Shown in pieces: positions 49,276 through 61,590 of a stretch of DNA of 64,000 bases. The notes beneath the pieces were generated by a model. That model was not told where the DNA came from. It saw nothing but the letters and a program-made list of their open reading frames with translations, and did not search any database. Source of the DNA: Isurus oxyrinchus (taxonomy: Eukaryota); assembly GCA_026770705.1 (NCBI GenBank), contig JANJGN010000140.1, positions 186,001 through 250,000 on the forward strand. The letters run 5' to 3'. The position numbers were made by a program, and so were the translations under genes. The first letter of the stretch is position 1; each line of letters starts with the position of its first letter.

Positions 49276-51892
49276 TACAGCTTTCTACGTTTCATTCAGG
49301 ACTTCCTCTGACTTGTGTCCTTATTAGCTAATGCTAACCATTCCATAGGTGTTGTTCCCTTCTCTACGGAATTCCCTGCTCAAATGGGCCATGATGGGGA
49401 GAGGTAGCGTTATAGTTGCTGGACTAGTAATCCAGAAACCCAGGATAATGCTTTGGGACCCGGGTTCTTATCCCGCAGTGGCCGTTGGTGCAATTTGAAT
49501 TCAATAAAAGTCAGGTTTTAGTCAGGAATTAAAAACCCCTCTGGTTCATTTAGGGCACGCGATCCTTCATGTGACTCAAGGCCCACAGCAATGTGGTTGA
49601 CTCTTAAATGCCCTCTGAACAAGGGGCAATTAGGGATGGGCAATAACTGCTGGCCTAACCAGCGACCTCCACATCCAATGAATAAAATAAAAGAGCAAAT
49701 GGTCCGAAGTACCACTAAATATTTCCGTGTCTGTTTGTTTCATAGAAAAAGAAATGTTAAGTAGGGGGAAGGAAGAAAGAAGTAAATATTAATTTAAACG
49801 AGATAAGGTGAGAAAGAATTCAGGACTCGTGTTGAAAGTGGGGAAAAAGCTGCTGATTGCCTAAAATAACTAAATAATCCAAAATTATAAACAGACATGT
49901 GGATTGTATAGCACTTAGAGACAAGCGCAAAACTGCACGTTATTTGTTGAGAGCACAGTTCAAACACTTATCTTCCTCTCCACAGATGCTATCTGACCAG
50001 AGATTTTCCAGCAATTTTTGCCTTTGTTACACGTGGGACCAGTTTTAGGGCTCGTCTTTCGTTTTCTGTTAATGTCTTAGTCAGAGTTGGGACCAGTCTG
50101 AGAAAGGTGAAGCAGCGGTAGCGCGGGGAGTGGGGGGGAGGGGGGGGGGGTGAGGTCGGGGGGGGGGGGGGCGGTGGTGGTGAGGGGGATGTTGGGGGGC
50201 GTCGGTGGGGGGGGGGTGTGATTGTGCGGGTGGGGGGGTAGCGGTGTGAGAGATGTTAATCCAAATACATGAGCAACTTTTCACCAGGGGAGGGAATATT
50301 AAGAAGCAGTCTGACAGACTGTGCCCAAGCAAGGAAGGTTTTAAAAGGTTAATAAGAAAAGAAGTGAATCCGACTAGATGCTCAGTGAGTAACTGGATGG
50401 CGTCATTTATCGTTATTGTAAAGGAGAGGGAAAGCGTAGAATATTTATGTATTTTGAGCAGGGCACTGTTAGAAGATATGATGGCCCATGAAAAACCTTG
50501 ATGGAGACAGTATCTATCAGTAATTTTGAAAGACAAGTGGATAAATATTTGAATAGTCAAAGGAAATTTAAAAAGACAAATATACAGACCCCAGACAGGT
50601 AATTAAGACAAATGGATAACTCTTTAAGAGAGTTAGCACATAGTAGGCCTAATTGCCTCTCTTTGTGCTGTAAAACACTCCGATACTAAGATGGCGAATG
50701 GTTCTTCATAGTTATAAAGTCAACAGAGAACAAGCCTGATGAAACAATTTAACCCGTTGATACACCAGAAGCAAAGAAATTCATGAGCAGTGACAGTTCA
50801 AGTGGTTTGGTTTGAGAAGCCACTAATCGCTCAGTGGCACCGTGAATTACGTCAGGTAACGACATCCTATAACAGACCAACCGGTGAGAATGTCGCCCAT
50901 CCGTCTCCAACTGCACGAGGAGAATATAAACCTCTCCCCTCTTCCTTCCCACCGTTGAAAGTCCTGGGGTCGGCAGCAAGTCTCAGCCTGAAAATCAGAC
51001 CCTGATTGATTTGCTTTTTGTCCATCCTCATCTTCATGAACACAAACCCCCGCAAAGACCTGTTTCCAATTGGAGCCCTGTTGCTATTGATATTATATCA
51101 GTTTATTTATCTAATCAGACGCTTTTTTTTCTAATGTTATAATACCATATGTTTTGTGAGTGATTTTTCTTTTGTTCACATCCTTTCAGTGCGAGGGTCA
51201 GAGCTCCCACCCTGAGCAGGTCGTGTCTTGCGAAGGGGAACAGGTTGAAGCGGACTGTCGGCGCTCGGTTGTTTTTGGCAATTCCGTAGCCTGGTATAAA
51301 CACTGACAGGGACTCCGACATTTACCGCCTCCATTTATCAGGGGAATGCGACTAAAGACGCTGCACACTGCCCTTTGACAGAGTGAATAATTCCAATAGT
51401 CTACAGATGGGACAGCGGCCCAGGGTGTCAGAGTTTAGCACTGTGCGAGAGGGACGAATTGAGACAACGGCGGATTTGGCCGTACAATGTCTTGTTCACT
51501 GCCGTGTCCGTTGCACCGTTAGCCTTTCCCTAACACAGGACCGTTGGAAATGCTGGTGATATTCAGAAATGTTACTTTCCCATGTTTAAACTTCCATCTG
51601 GAGAAAGTTACAACATCCTATAGCTGCCATTACAGATACAGGGTAGAGAAACATATTCAGTAAAATTCTATAGAAAACAGAGATGGATGGAAAACTAACT
51701 CTGGCTCTCAGATATCTAGACAGAGAGGAGAGAATAAACAGATAAACAAGATGTCATACAGACAGAAAGGCGGGCGGATAGACTGATAGATGAATAGATA
51801 GATAGATCAGTTTATATAGCTGATATTTGGAAGCACTTTATTTAATTCTGCTCCCATATATCATTAAGATAATTTTATTATTATTGTGGCAG

Positions 51893-52140
51893 CTGCTCCT
51901 TTTCACTCAGAGACATTTCAGATATCGATATATCGGAGAACTTCCGGACCAGAACTCGTATTCTGGCATTGGCAGATCTCCAATCAAGTTCTCGAGTATC
52001 CTGTCTTCACATGTATAGATAGAAGAGTTGAGGGAAGCTTCAAAGTTTCTGTGGACCACGAGAAAGGCACCACCACTCTCACTGTTAACATACTTCAGCC
52101 GTTAGGCCTGCGGTCTGTTACAATGCAGTGCGACACCGTG
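51893..52140 (+). pseudogene. TCR alpha/delta V pseudogene with degenerate RSS
   Basis: FWHWQISNQVLEY..GSFKVSVDHEKGTTTLTVNILQP, then a frameshifted PAVCYNAVR (compare SAVYYCAVR) and heptamer CACCGTG at 52134. FR1 is truncated. Confidence 0.7.
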
Positions 52141-52684
52141 AAACTAAGAGATCAGGAATCTATGTGAGAACTTACTAGGCATGGGGACTGAGGAGGCAAC
52201 AAGTCACAGGGCTCATAAATGAGAGACACACACGTTTAAGTCTTTAGAAATCTAATTTAGATATGTAAATTACACCATCTCTGTAATCTGATAGAAAAAA
52301 ATATTAATTATGTTTACTTAGAAGTTACAAGTTCATTCCTTTCACAATTTCTAGCAAAGTCGGCGCTCATCGAACCAGAATTTCTCTGCATTCATTCTGC
52401 TGTAGCTATACGAGGAGCCTTTAATGATACAATGTGAATGGAGATTCACCCTGCAGATCATCCCTGTTCTATATGCCTGGAATTGTTTGGAGCTTTCATT
52501 CCGTATGCAACCCGTGCTGCATTGACTCTGGTTAGGAGTGGAAGTGTAGAGGAGATTTATTTTGTGTCATAAATGTGCCGTACCTGTCCTGACAGTGTTT
52601 GACTGGGTAGTGTAGAGGAAGCATTTCTCGCTTAGTAAACTGTGATGCCCCTGATTGACACGCTTGGCTGGTGAGTAGCATTCA

Positions 52685-52702
52685 TACACACACACCCGCA
52701 CA

Positions 52703-52737
<35 letters not shown>

Positions 52738-52800
52738 AGATGCACACAAACAAAAAGACACACACTCAGACGCACACACGCTAACGTACACACACACACA
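52685..52800. repeat. (CA)n microsatellite
   Basis: Direct inspection. Confidence 0.95.
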
Positions 52801-55399
52801 AACAAATAAATAGCGAAATAATCATCACCCTTGATTCATGGACCTATCCAATTTGGATCTGTGCCGCCTTTAATTATTAGGGGAGTGGGAAGATTCCATT
52901 TTTACGAAATTTCCATCCAACCTCATCAATGGTGGAATTATTAACGTGAAGCCGATGAACATGCAGTAATGTATTGAGCACACTCGAGAACGGAAATAAT
53001 CTCACAGTTGATGCAAAAAAGCAACTGTAGCAAATGGAAAACACCAAAGAGAGCAGTTAAAGTAAAAATAAAATCAAAGTAGCAACACATAATAATCTGA
53101 CGTAATAATAATTCAGCAAAATCATGCAGCAATATTCGGGTAGAAATTAACAGGCTTTGCGTTTATACAAAGTTCCACTGGATGGCGCTCCAGCACTTCA
53201 GCTTTGGCGAAAGCTTGCAGAATAAGTTTACCGGTGTCACGGCTCACAGATGGGGATTACAGGAAATATCTATGTTCCATGACACTTCACTCCATGCAAT
53301 GGTACATTGAGCGCAAGTGCTTGTACATAATATGTAGGTGATGTGGCAAAGGAATATTAAACAGTGAGCTCTGGGAATCATTGTATTTCATGGTCCAATG
53401 CTACCTGATTGCCCGAAGAAAAGGAGGGGCATTTTTCTTTCATCCAAATTGGTTCGTCAATGTTTCATACTGGGATATGCTGATAATTTTGTAACTTAAT
53501 GACATTGTTATTATTGGCCACAAATTGAAATTTTGCAGAAGTGCCTGAATCCCGCCATTCCTTTATTCCCATTAAACTCAGATTGACAAATCTTTCTGGC
53601 AAATAATTTCACATTGCCGTTTCCCTCTGTGGAACTAATATTTCCTGCATTACAATATCGACTATGCTTGAAAACAAGTTCAGACTTAAAGCTTCCTGAG
53701 ACCCTGAGGACGTAATATTTCGTTGAAAAGTTCGGATGAACCTTGTAACTCCGAGGGGGAAGCAGGATTGAAGGGTGGTACTAATTGTCAGCACCGTACG
53801 TTGCACATTTAAGGGCAAAAAGTGTAATGTGAAAGTTTACTAATTCAGGGTGGTGTTATGCCCTACCAATTACGTGTGCGTGTGTGTATGTATGTAAACC
53901 ATGTACTATGCTGTACTATGCATGTTTGCGTATTTCGTTTGTGGAGCACATGTGCATGCAAAGCACATAACACATCATTCTGAATATATGCAAATGCATG
54001 TTCCTAGCAATGCCACACTAGATCTTTACATTTTTCATACTGAACAAGGCAATGATTTTGTTGACGTCACACAAAATCCGTTTTCAATTATTATTGTATT
54101 TGAGTTTGGACCTGTTACGTAATACAAGTCCCTGTCTCAGTTCTCTCTGAAGGGGAAAATGTCCACGTTTATGTTAGATTAGACCCTGTCTCTGTTATTA
54201 ATTTATTGGATCTTATCCATATTACATTAAATCGCATCAAATTTCATGAGATTTGATCATGTTCGGCGATCATGTCAGAACATATTTTGGCGCGGTTCAT
54301 GTTTCACCAGACAATTGTTTAGTTCCTGTCACACACGGCCATCCCATGTCGCTGTTTATAATAGACCAGATCACGACATTGTCATTCTATGTTTCAAACC
54401 TCTCATAACCATCCACATTCTCTCGTGAAACATATAAAAATACGACCATGAGACCATGGAGCAGAAGTAGGCCATTCAGCCCTTAGAACCTGATGCACCA
54501 TTCGATACGTTCATGGCTGATCTGCTTGTGGTCTCAACTTCACTTTTCCGTCTGCCCCTTGAGTCCCTTGTCTACAAAAAAATCTAGCTAGTATTAGCGC
54601 AACATAATTCACCCTTGAATAAATTTATTGACCAGCCTCCACTGCTTCCTGGGGAAAAGAATTCTACAAACGAAGGAACAACTGAGAGAAAAACAAATCT
54701 CTTCATTTCCGTCTTAAATGTAGCACTGTTATTCTTAAACTCTGTTACCTAATTCTGGTCACTCCCACAAGTGGAAATATCACCCCCTGTATCTACCCTG
54801 TCAAGACGCAACTGCCGCCCCATCCCCCTCCACCTCAGGATCATGCATGTCTAAATTACTTATCAATCTTCTAAAATCAACTGGACATTGACCCAAACTA
54901 TTCAAGACTTCTAAATAAGATAAGACCTTCATCCCAAGCAACGATGAGGAAATGGGTGGTTTTCAGTGATAAGGAAGCAATAAAGAATCGACCGCTGCAT
55001 ACATTTGCTGCACCATTTCTCAAAAAGCTCTTTATCCACCGAGAAAAACTGGTCGTGTGGCCTGTAGTTGCGAATAGCGCTGTTTATAACCATAAAGCAA
55101 AGGTGCAGACCTAATGGACGCAGCATGTATTCTGGGCCTCTGAGAAAACAACTCAGCTACTTACAGTTACTTGTTCTTAACAAAATGTCTCATGTACCCT
55201 AGCACTGGGCAGGCAACAGAGCCACCTGGATTCATGTACGTTTCTGCAAAAAACGGTGTCAACTCCTCTGACTATACTATCCCATACTACCACTACATTC
55301 CTCCCACTTGAATGGGCCTCTGCGCCTCTGAAAGAACAACCCAGTTACTTACACTTGCTTGTTCTTAACAAAATGCCGCCATAGTAACTTCAGAAATCA

Positions 55400-58300
55400 A
55401 TGAGTGGAGATTTCGGCCTGAGTGAGACAGAGGCTGAGTGAGTTTTTGCGAGTATTTGGTTTAAGTGGGAATTCAACTGTTGTAGGTGCTGTACTGCAAG
55501 AATTGCAATGTAGAATAGGGTGCTGGGAGTTGGGTAATTGAGGGAGTTAGGGGAAGAAGGGAAAGCTTTGCTCTTTTACTTTCTGCTTTCGACCAATCTC
55601 TGCCTTCAGAAGGTGGTTGTACTCTACCACAGGAGAAGAAGCTAGTTTTTTGGTGAGTATCTGGCAAGTGACTAAGGTTTCTAAATTTCCTAATTTCAAA
55701 ATAGTCTAGCAACTGGTGGTAAGGTTGATCAAATATATAAAAAGAAAAACAAATTATGTAATTGTGTGAAATAATTTAATAGTTAATTAGAACACATTAA
55801 GGATGCCAGGAAAGGAGATGTGGCACAGCTGCAGCATGTGGGAGCTCCTTGATGCCAGTATGATAAAGGGCAAACACGTCTGCAATAAATATTTGAAATT
55901 TGAATAGCATCAGCTTCGAGCTTGTGAGCTGGAGGCCGAACTGCAGACACTGCAGCACATCAGCGAGGGATTCTTTGTACCAGGAGGCAGACACACCTTT
56001 TAGGACAGGCTCATCTAATTTGGTCAGTGGTCAGAGGCAGGACAGTGTGACTGTGAGTGAGGAAGTAAGGAGGCTCACAAGGCAGGAGTGCAGGAGCCTC
56101 GTCCCTTTCAATTGTCCAACAGGTTTGAGGATTTTTCAGCTTGTTTGGATGAGAGTGGGGGCTGAAGGGTAGATGAGCTAACTGGCCATGGCACCATGGT
56201 ACAGGAAGCCATTCAAGTGGGAGGAATGTAGTGGTAGTATGGGATAGTATAGTAAGAGGAGTTGAGACCGTTTTTTGCAGAAACATACGTGAATCCAGGT
56301 TGCTCTGTTGCCTGCCCAGTGCGAGGGTGCGGGACATATGCTCAGGCCTGGAGAGGGACTTGCAGCGGGAGGGGGATGGCCCAGTCGTCGTGGTCCATGT
56401 AGGTATCAACGACATAGGCTGGACAAAGAAGGAGTTTCTGCATGGTCAGCATGAGGACGTAGACACCAATTTAAGAAGCAGAACCTCAAAGATCATAAAC
56501 TCTGGATTATTACCTAAGTCACGTGCAAATTGGCATAGGACAAATCATATGTGGGAGATGAGTGCACGGTTCACAGACTGATGTGGGATAAGTGGGTTTC
56601 GGTTCATGGGGCACTGTCATCAGTACTGGGGAAAGTGGTATCTGCACCGTTGGAATGATCTACACTACTGGGGCCAGTGCTCTTGTGAGCCGCATAACAA
56701 AGGAAGTATAAAGTGGTTTCACTTAAATAGTGGGAGCAAGGGATCGAATTTGGGAAAAGGTGATAAGTCAAGGAGCAGAGACAAGACAAAAGAGAAAGGT
56801 ATTATTATGGGAAATGAAAAATAGGAAGGGATAGACACTACAAATCTCACAGTAAATCAGCAGATGAAGCGAGAGGCTATAGGAAGAATAAAAGGATAAA
56901 ACAAAAAGCTCTGTATCTGAATGCACGTGGCATTCGAAATAAAACAAATGAACTGAGAGCGCACATAGACATAAATAATTACGATTTAATACCCATCATA
57001 GAGACATGGCTGCAGGAAGACATAGATTGGGACCTGAATATTGAAGGGTACATGGTTTTTAGGAAGGACGGGAAGCGTGGAAAAGGTGGAGTGCTCACTC
57101 TGTTAATTAATGATGGTATTAGCACAATAAATAATGAGGACTTAAGTTCAGGAATCCAGGGTGTGGAAACGGTTTGGGTATAGATGAGAAATGGTGAAGG
57201 CACCAAGGAAGTTCTGGGAGTTGTACACAGGACCCCTAACAGTAACCACTTGGTAGAGTTGACCATAATGACATAAATATTTGGAGATTGACAGAAAGGC
57301 ACGCCGATAATCATGGGAGGTTTTAATTTACATATAGATGGGAAAAATCAAATGGGCAAAGAATGGCTCACTGAGGAGCACATTGAATGTTTTTGGATTG
57401 TTTCTTAAAGGAGCATGTTCTGGAGCCAATCCGATAGAAGGCTATACTAGGACTGGTAATGAGTAATAAAATGGGAGTAACTAATGACTTCATAGTGAAG
57501 ATACCCCTAGGTAGCAGCCACCAAAATATAATTGAATTGTACAGGCGGGTTGAGGGAGAGAGAAGTGGACCTGAGATGAAGTTTATAAACTTAAAATAAG
57601 GTCAATTACGAGGTCATGAAAGCTGAGCTAGCTAAAGTGAATTGGCAAATTAGGTTAAGCGATAGGTCAATAGAGATGCAACGGCTAATATTTAAGTGGG
57701 CATTTCAGAATGCACCGAATAGATACATTCAAACAAGTAGGAAAAATCCCAGGAGACGGACACACCATCCATGGTTAACTAGAAAGGTTAAATATAGCAT
57801 CAAACTCAAAGAAAAAAAACATAGAATTGTGCCAAGATAGGTGGGAGACCAGAAGATTGGACAAAATGCAAGAAACAGCAAGGAATGACTAAAATATTAC
57901 TAAGGAGGAGAAAATTAGAGTATGAGGGAAAGCTAGCCAGAAATATAAAAGCAGTGTTTAAAATTATTATAAAAAGTGTATAAAACATGTTTTATAAATA
58001 TTTAAAAGAGAGAAGAGTTAACAAAGTGAGCGTTGGTCCCACAGAAAGTGAATCTGGAGAATTGATAAAGGAAATCACGGAGAAGGCAGATGAATTAAAC
58101 TAGTGTTTTGCATTAGTTTTCACTACAGAGGATAAAAGTAACATCGCAGAAGCAGCTATAAACCAGGAAATGGAAGTGGCGAAGGAAGTCAAGAACATTA
58201 CAGTCACAAGAGAAGTGGTACTGAGTAAATTCTTGGAGCTGTGCGCTGACAGGAGCCCGGGTCCTGATGGACTTCATCCTGGGGTATTAAAAGAAGTGCC

Positions 58301-59060
58301 TAGTGAGATAATTGATGCATTGGTTTTCCAAACTCGCAAAATTCTGGGAAAGTCCCATTCGATTGCAAGATAGCAAATGTAACTCCATTATTCAAAAAGG
58401 GAGGGAGACAGAAAGCGAGGTACCACAGGCCAATAGCTTAACATTTGTTGTCGGGAAAATGTCAGAAACTATTATTAAAGAAGTTATAGCAGAGCTCTTG
58501 GATAAACAAGTTCATCAGGCAGATTCAACATGGTTTTGTGAAAAGGAAATCGTGCTTAGCCAAATTATTGGAATTATTTGAGGAAGTGACGTGGGCTGTG
58601 GATCAAGAGGGACCGGTGGATGTGCTGTACTTAGATTTCCAGAAGATATTTGAAAAAATGCCGCATCAAAGGTTATCGCAGAAAATGAAAGCTCATGGTG
58701 TAGCAGGTAACATTTTCGCATGGATAGAAGATTATTTGTCTAACAGGAAGCAAAGAGTAAACATAAATGGATCTTTTTCATGTCGGCAGCACGTAACGAA
58801 TGGTGTGCCACAGGGATCATTGCTGGGACCTCAACAGTTTATAATTTATATGAATGGCTTGGATGAAGCGATTGAAGGGATGGTTGCCAAATTTGCTGAT
58901 GACTCAGATGTCGGTAAGAACGTAAGTGGCAAAGAAGACTTATGGAGGCTTATGGAGGTTAAGTGAGTGGGCAAAGATCTGGCAAATGGAATATAATATG
59001 GGGAAAAATCCCATTTCATCAAATACATTTGTTTAAGTGGAAAGATTAATGTTGATGGGG
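55400..59060 (+). mobile_element. Near full-length CR1 LINE (ORF1 zinc-finger/SGNH esterase, ORF2 endonuclease-RT), degenerate
   Basis: WDSIVRG..CLPSARVRD..VVVHVGINDIG (esterase), RSPGPDGLHP, KSCLAKLLELFEEV, GVPQGSLLGP, KFADD. Confidence 0.88.
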
Positions 59061-59596
59061 AGAGAGTCGCAGTGAAGCAGGGGAACGAAAGAATGAGATA
59101 AAGAAAGAAAAAAAGAAAGAAGAGAGAGCCTTGAACGACTACAGGATTTTCCCAAAGTGCTTTACTGCCAATTAAGTGTTTTCCCATTGTAATGAAGGAA
59201 ATACTTCAGCAAATGTGCAGAGCAATATTTCACAAATGTAATTGAAAAGTACTCAGATAGCTGGTTTCAACTGGTTTAAATGAGGGGCAGTTATTGTAAG
59301 AAGCTGGGGAAAGCTCCTCCTGCTCATTTCTGAAATTCCGACTGTGGGTCATTACATCGATCTAAGAGAGCAGATACTCACAGTGGTTTAACATCTCATC
59401 CAGAAACGCAACAATTGTCTTAGCTCAGTATTCCTTCAGGGACACAGTGGGACTATCGGCACTGCAGTATGGGCCTGAAATCTCACAGATCCGGGAGCGA
59501 GAACCCAGCACTTTCTAATTATGGAGAGAGAGAGTGTGCTACACATTGAACTACTCTGATGGAAGTGAAATAACGCGAAGAAGTTTTAACGTTTGT

Positions 59597-60498
59597 TTAC
59601 CGTTTAAACCAGCCAGTGAACGTGGTGACCGGCCACATCAAAACCTTCCTCAGCTCCTCTCGGAACTTCTTCTGGGCCACCGCATAGATGAAGACGTTGT
59701 TGCAGGAACTGACTAACTGCAGCATGTTGGCTGTCTCCTGGAGGATATACTGCGGGTCATTGAAGTTCATGCTGTTGAAGCAGCCCTTACTTGTAATCCA
59801 CACGTAGAGGAAATGTCCAACATAGGTGGCCCACGGGAGGAGGAAGCTGAGTGCAATCGCAAAATGCAGGATAATGGATCACTTACGATTGACCATCTCA
59901 GGGTCTCTGTGACTCTCGGCGCCCCGGAGCCTCTTGCGGGCTCTGCTGGCCGCTAAGATCTGTCTTACGGTCAGGACATTGAGCAGCAGGATGAGGAAGA
60001 AAGGGAGAAATGGGGTTAAGATGCGGTCCAGCTAGTATTAGGCCTGCCAGGCGAGGAAAGTGAAATAGGTGGATTTGAGGTCGCAGAACCAGGGCACCCC
60101 GTCCAGGATGTACAAAGGCTGGCAGACGAAGTACAAAGGGACGTTCTTGACGCACCTCAGGGTACTGACCACTCCTATAACCAGCACCACAGTTTTCTCG
60201 GTGCAGTATCTGGTCTTTAGGCCCTGACAGCAGATGGCCACGAAACGGTCGATGGTGAAGGCGACTGTCAGCCAGACTGAGCCATCTTGCATGGCAAAGA
60301 CCAGCATGATGCTGACTGCGCTTGCTGGGGTGGTCGACAGGACACTGTCACGAAAGTAGATCCGGCCAATCCGGTTGAGGATGGCGGCAGTGATAATGAC
60401 CAGGAGATCGCTCACTGCTATTGCCACCAGGTAGTAGGTGATGCACCGGGAGAGTCCACACTGTCTTCGGGATAGGATTATGATCACCACTACGTTAG
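59597..60498 (-). pseudogene. GPR139/GPR142-like GPCR pseudogene, main exon
   Basis: NVVVIIILSRRQCGLSRCITYYLVAIA..AFTIDRFVAICC..NVFIYAVAQKKFREEL with internal stops near 60038. Paralog of 20295-21177. Confidence 0.85.
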
Positions 60499-60803
60499 CT
60501 GATAGATGAACGTGAGGGATAAAAAGAGTGAGATGTTACCGAGTGAACTGCAAACACCATTTACTGCCTTATCCAATCAGTTACTGATCCCCTCCTAATC
60601 CGTCCCTTTGCCATCTCTAGACCACAAATCTTCAAAAGCCATTGGTAATTGTAAAACATCCAATTCTGGATTAGACGTGTGTCAATCCAGAAGGCATTGC
60701 AATCCGTTCCCACCACAATCTCAGCTCTCTCGTCACTGAGTCAGCCCAAGGCTAGTTATCCAATTTCAGTTCATCTGAGACAGCTGCCGATACCCACATT
60801 CAT

Positions 60804-60936
60804 GCTTGGCCTAAATAGCCAAGTGGTTATGGTACTGGGTTTGTAACCTCAAGAGTTCAAATCTCACAATGGCAAAACCATGAAACAATGTAACTTCATC
60901 TGAAACAGATGGAAATGGGTTTGTACTCGAAAGAGT
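60804..60936 (+). mobile_element. Short tRNA-derived SINE with 13-bp TSD
   Basis: Flanked by TACCCACATTCAT at 60791-60803 and 60937-60949. Confidence 0.8.
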
Positions 60937-61029
60937 TACCCACATTCATACCAAATCCCATCCGTCCATTAACCCTACGCTCGCTGATCTACATCGGGCC
61001 CCATTCGGCAACGTCTGGGTTTCAATAAC

Positions 61030-61590
61030 CTCCGCCTTCATCTTCCGACTAGACAATCTACAGCATTCCGGACTTAATATTGAGCTCAAAAATTTCAGAT
61101 CATGAACTCTCTCCTCCATCCCCACTCACTTTCTGAACGCCTTTTTCCAATAATTTATAATTTTTTAAATATATTTTTCTTTTCCCACCTATTTTTAAAT
61201 TTATTTCGATCTATAGTTTTATCTCCATCTTATAGCTCATTTCGATCCCTTCCCCCTACCCCACCCCACTAGGGCCATCTGCCACTAACTTGTCCTGCTT
61301 TCTACCCTTATTGTCCCCATTAGCACATCCCTTAGATAACATCACCACCGTCAACACCCCTTTGTCCTTTTGTCTATGACATTTTTGGCAATCTCTTCTT
61401 TGCCTCCTCCTATCACTGGCCTCTACCCAACTGTACCTGACCCACCCCCTTCAACCAGCTTATATTTCACCACATTTCTATATTTGTTTAGTTCTGATGA
61501 AGGGTCATACGGACTCGAAACGTTAACTGTGTTCCTCTCCGCAGAAGCTGTCAGACCTGCTGAGTTTTTCCAGCTATTTTTGTTTTGGAA
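61030..61590 (+). mobile_element. Penelope-like element 3' fragment
   Basis: FIFRLDNLQHSGLNIELKNFRS* matches the typical PLE GIY-YIG C-terminus and is followed by a hammerhead motif. Confidence 0.65.
61490..61528 (+). ncRNA. Minimal type I hammerhead ribozyme
   Basis: AGTT-CTGATGA-A-GGGTC-ATACG-GACTC-GAAA-CGTT-AACT contains the core boxes, stem II, palindromic ACGT stem III and stem I AGTT/AACT. Confidence 0.7.

Noticed and set aside
50750-51420. GC-richer exon-like stretch with a CSPSQDTTC (TNFR-like) motif on the minus strand
   Set aside because: A single short motif followed by a stop; no consistent cysteine-rich domain or splice structure.
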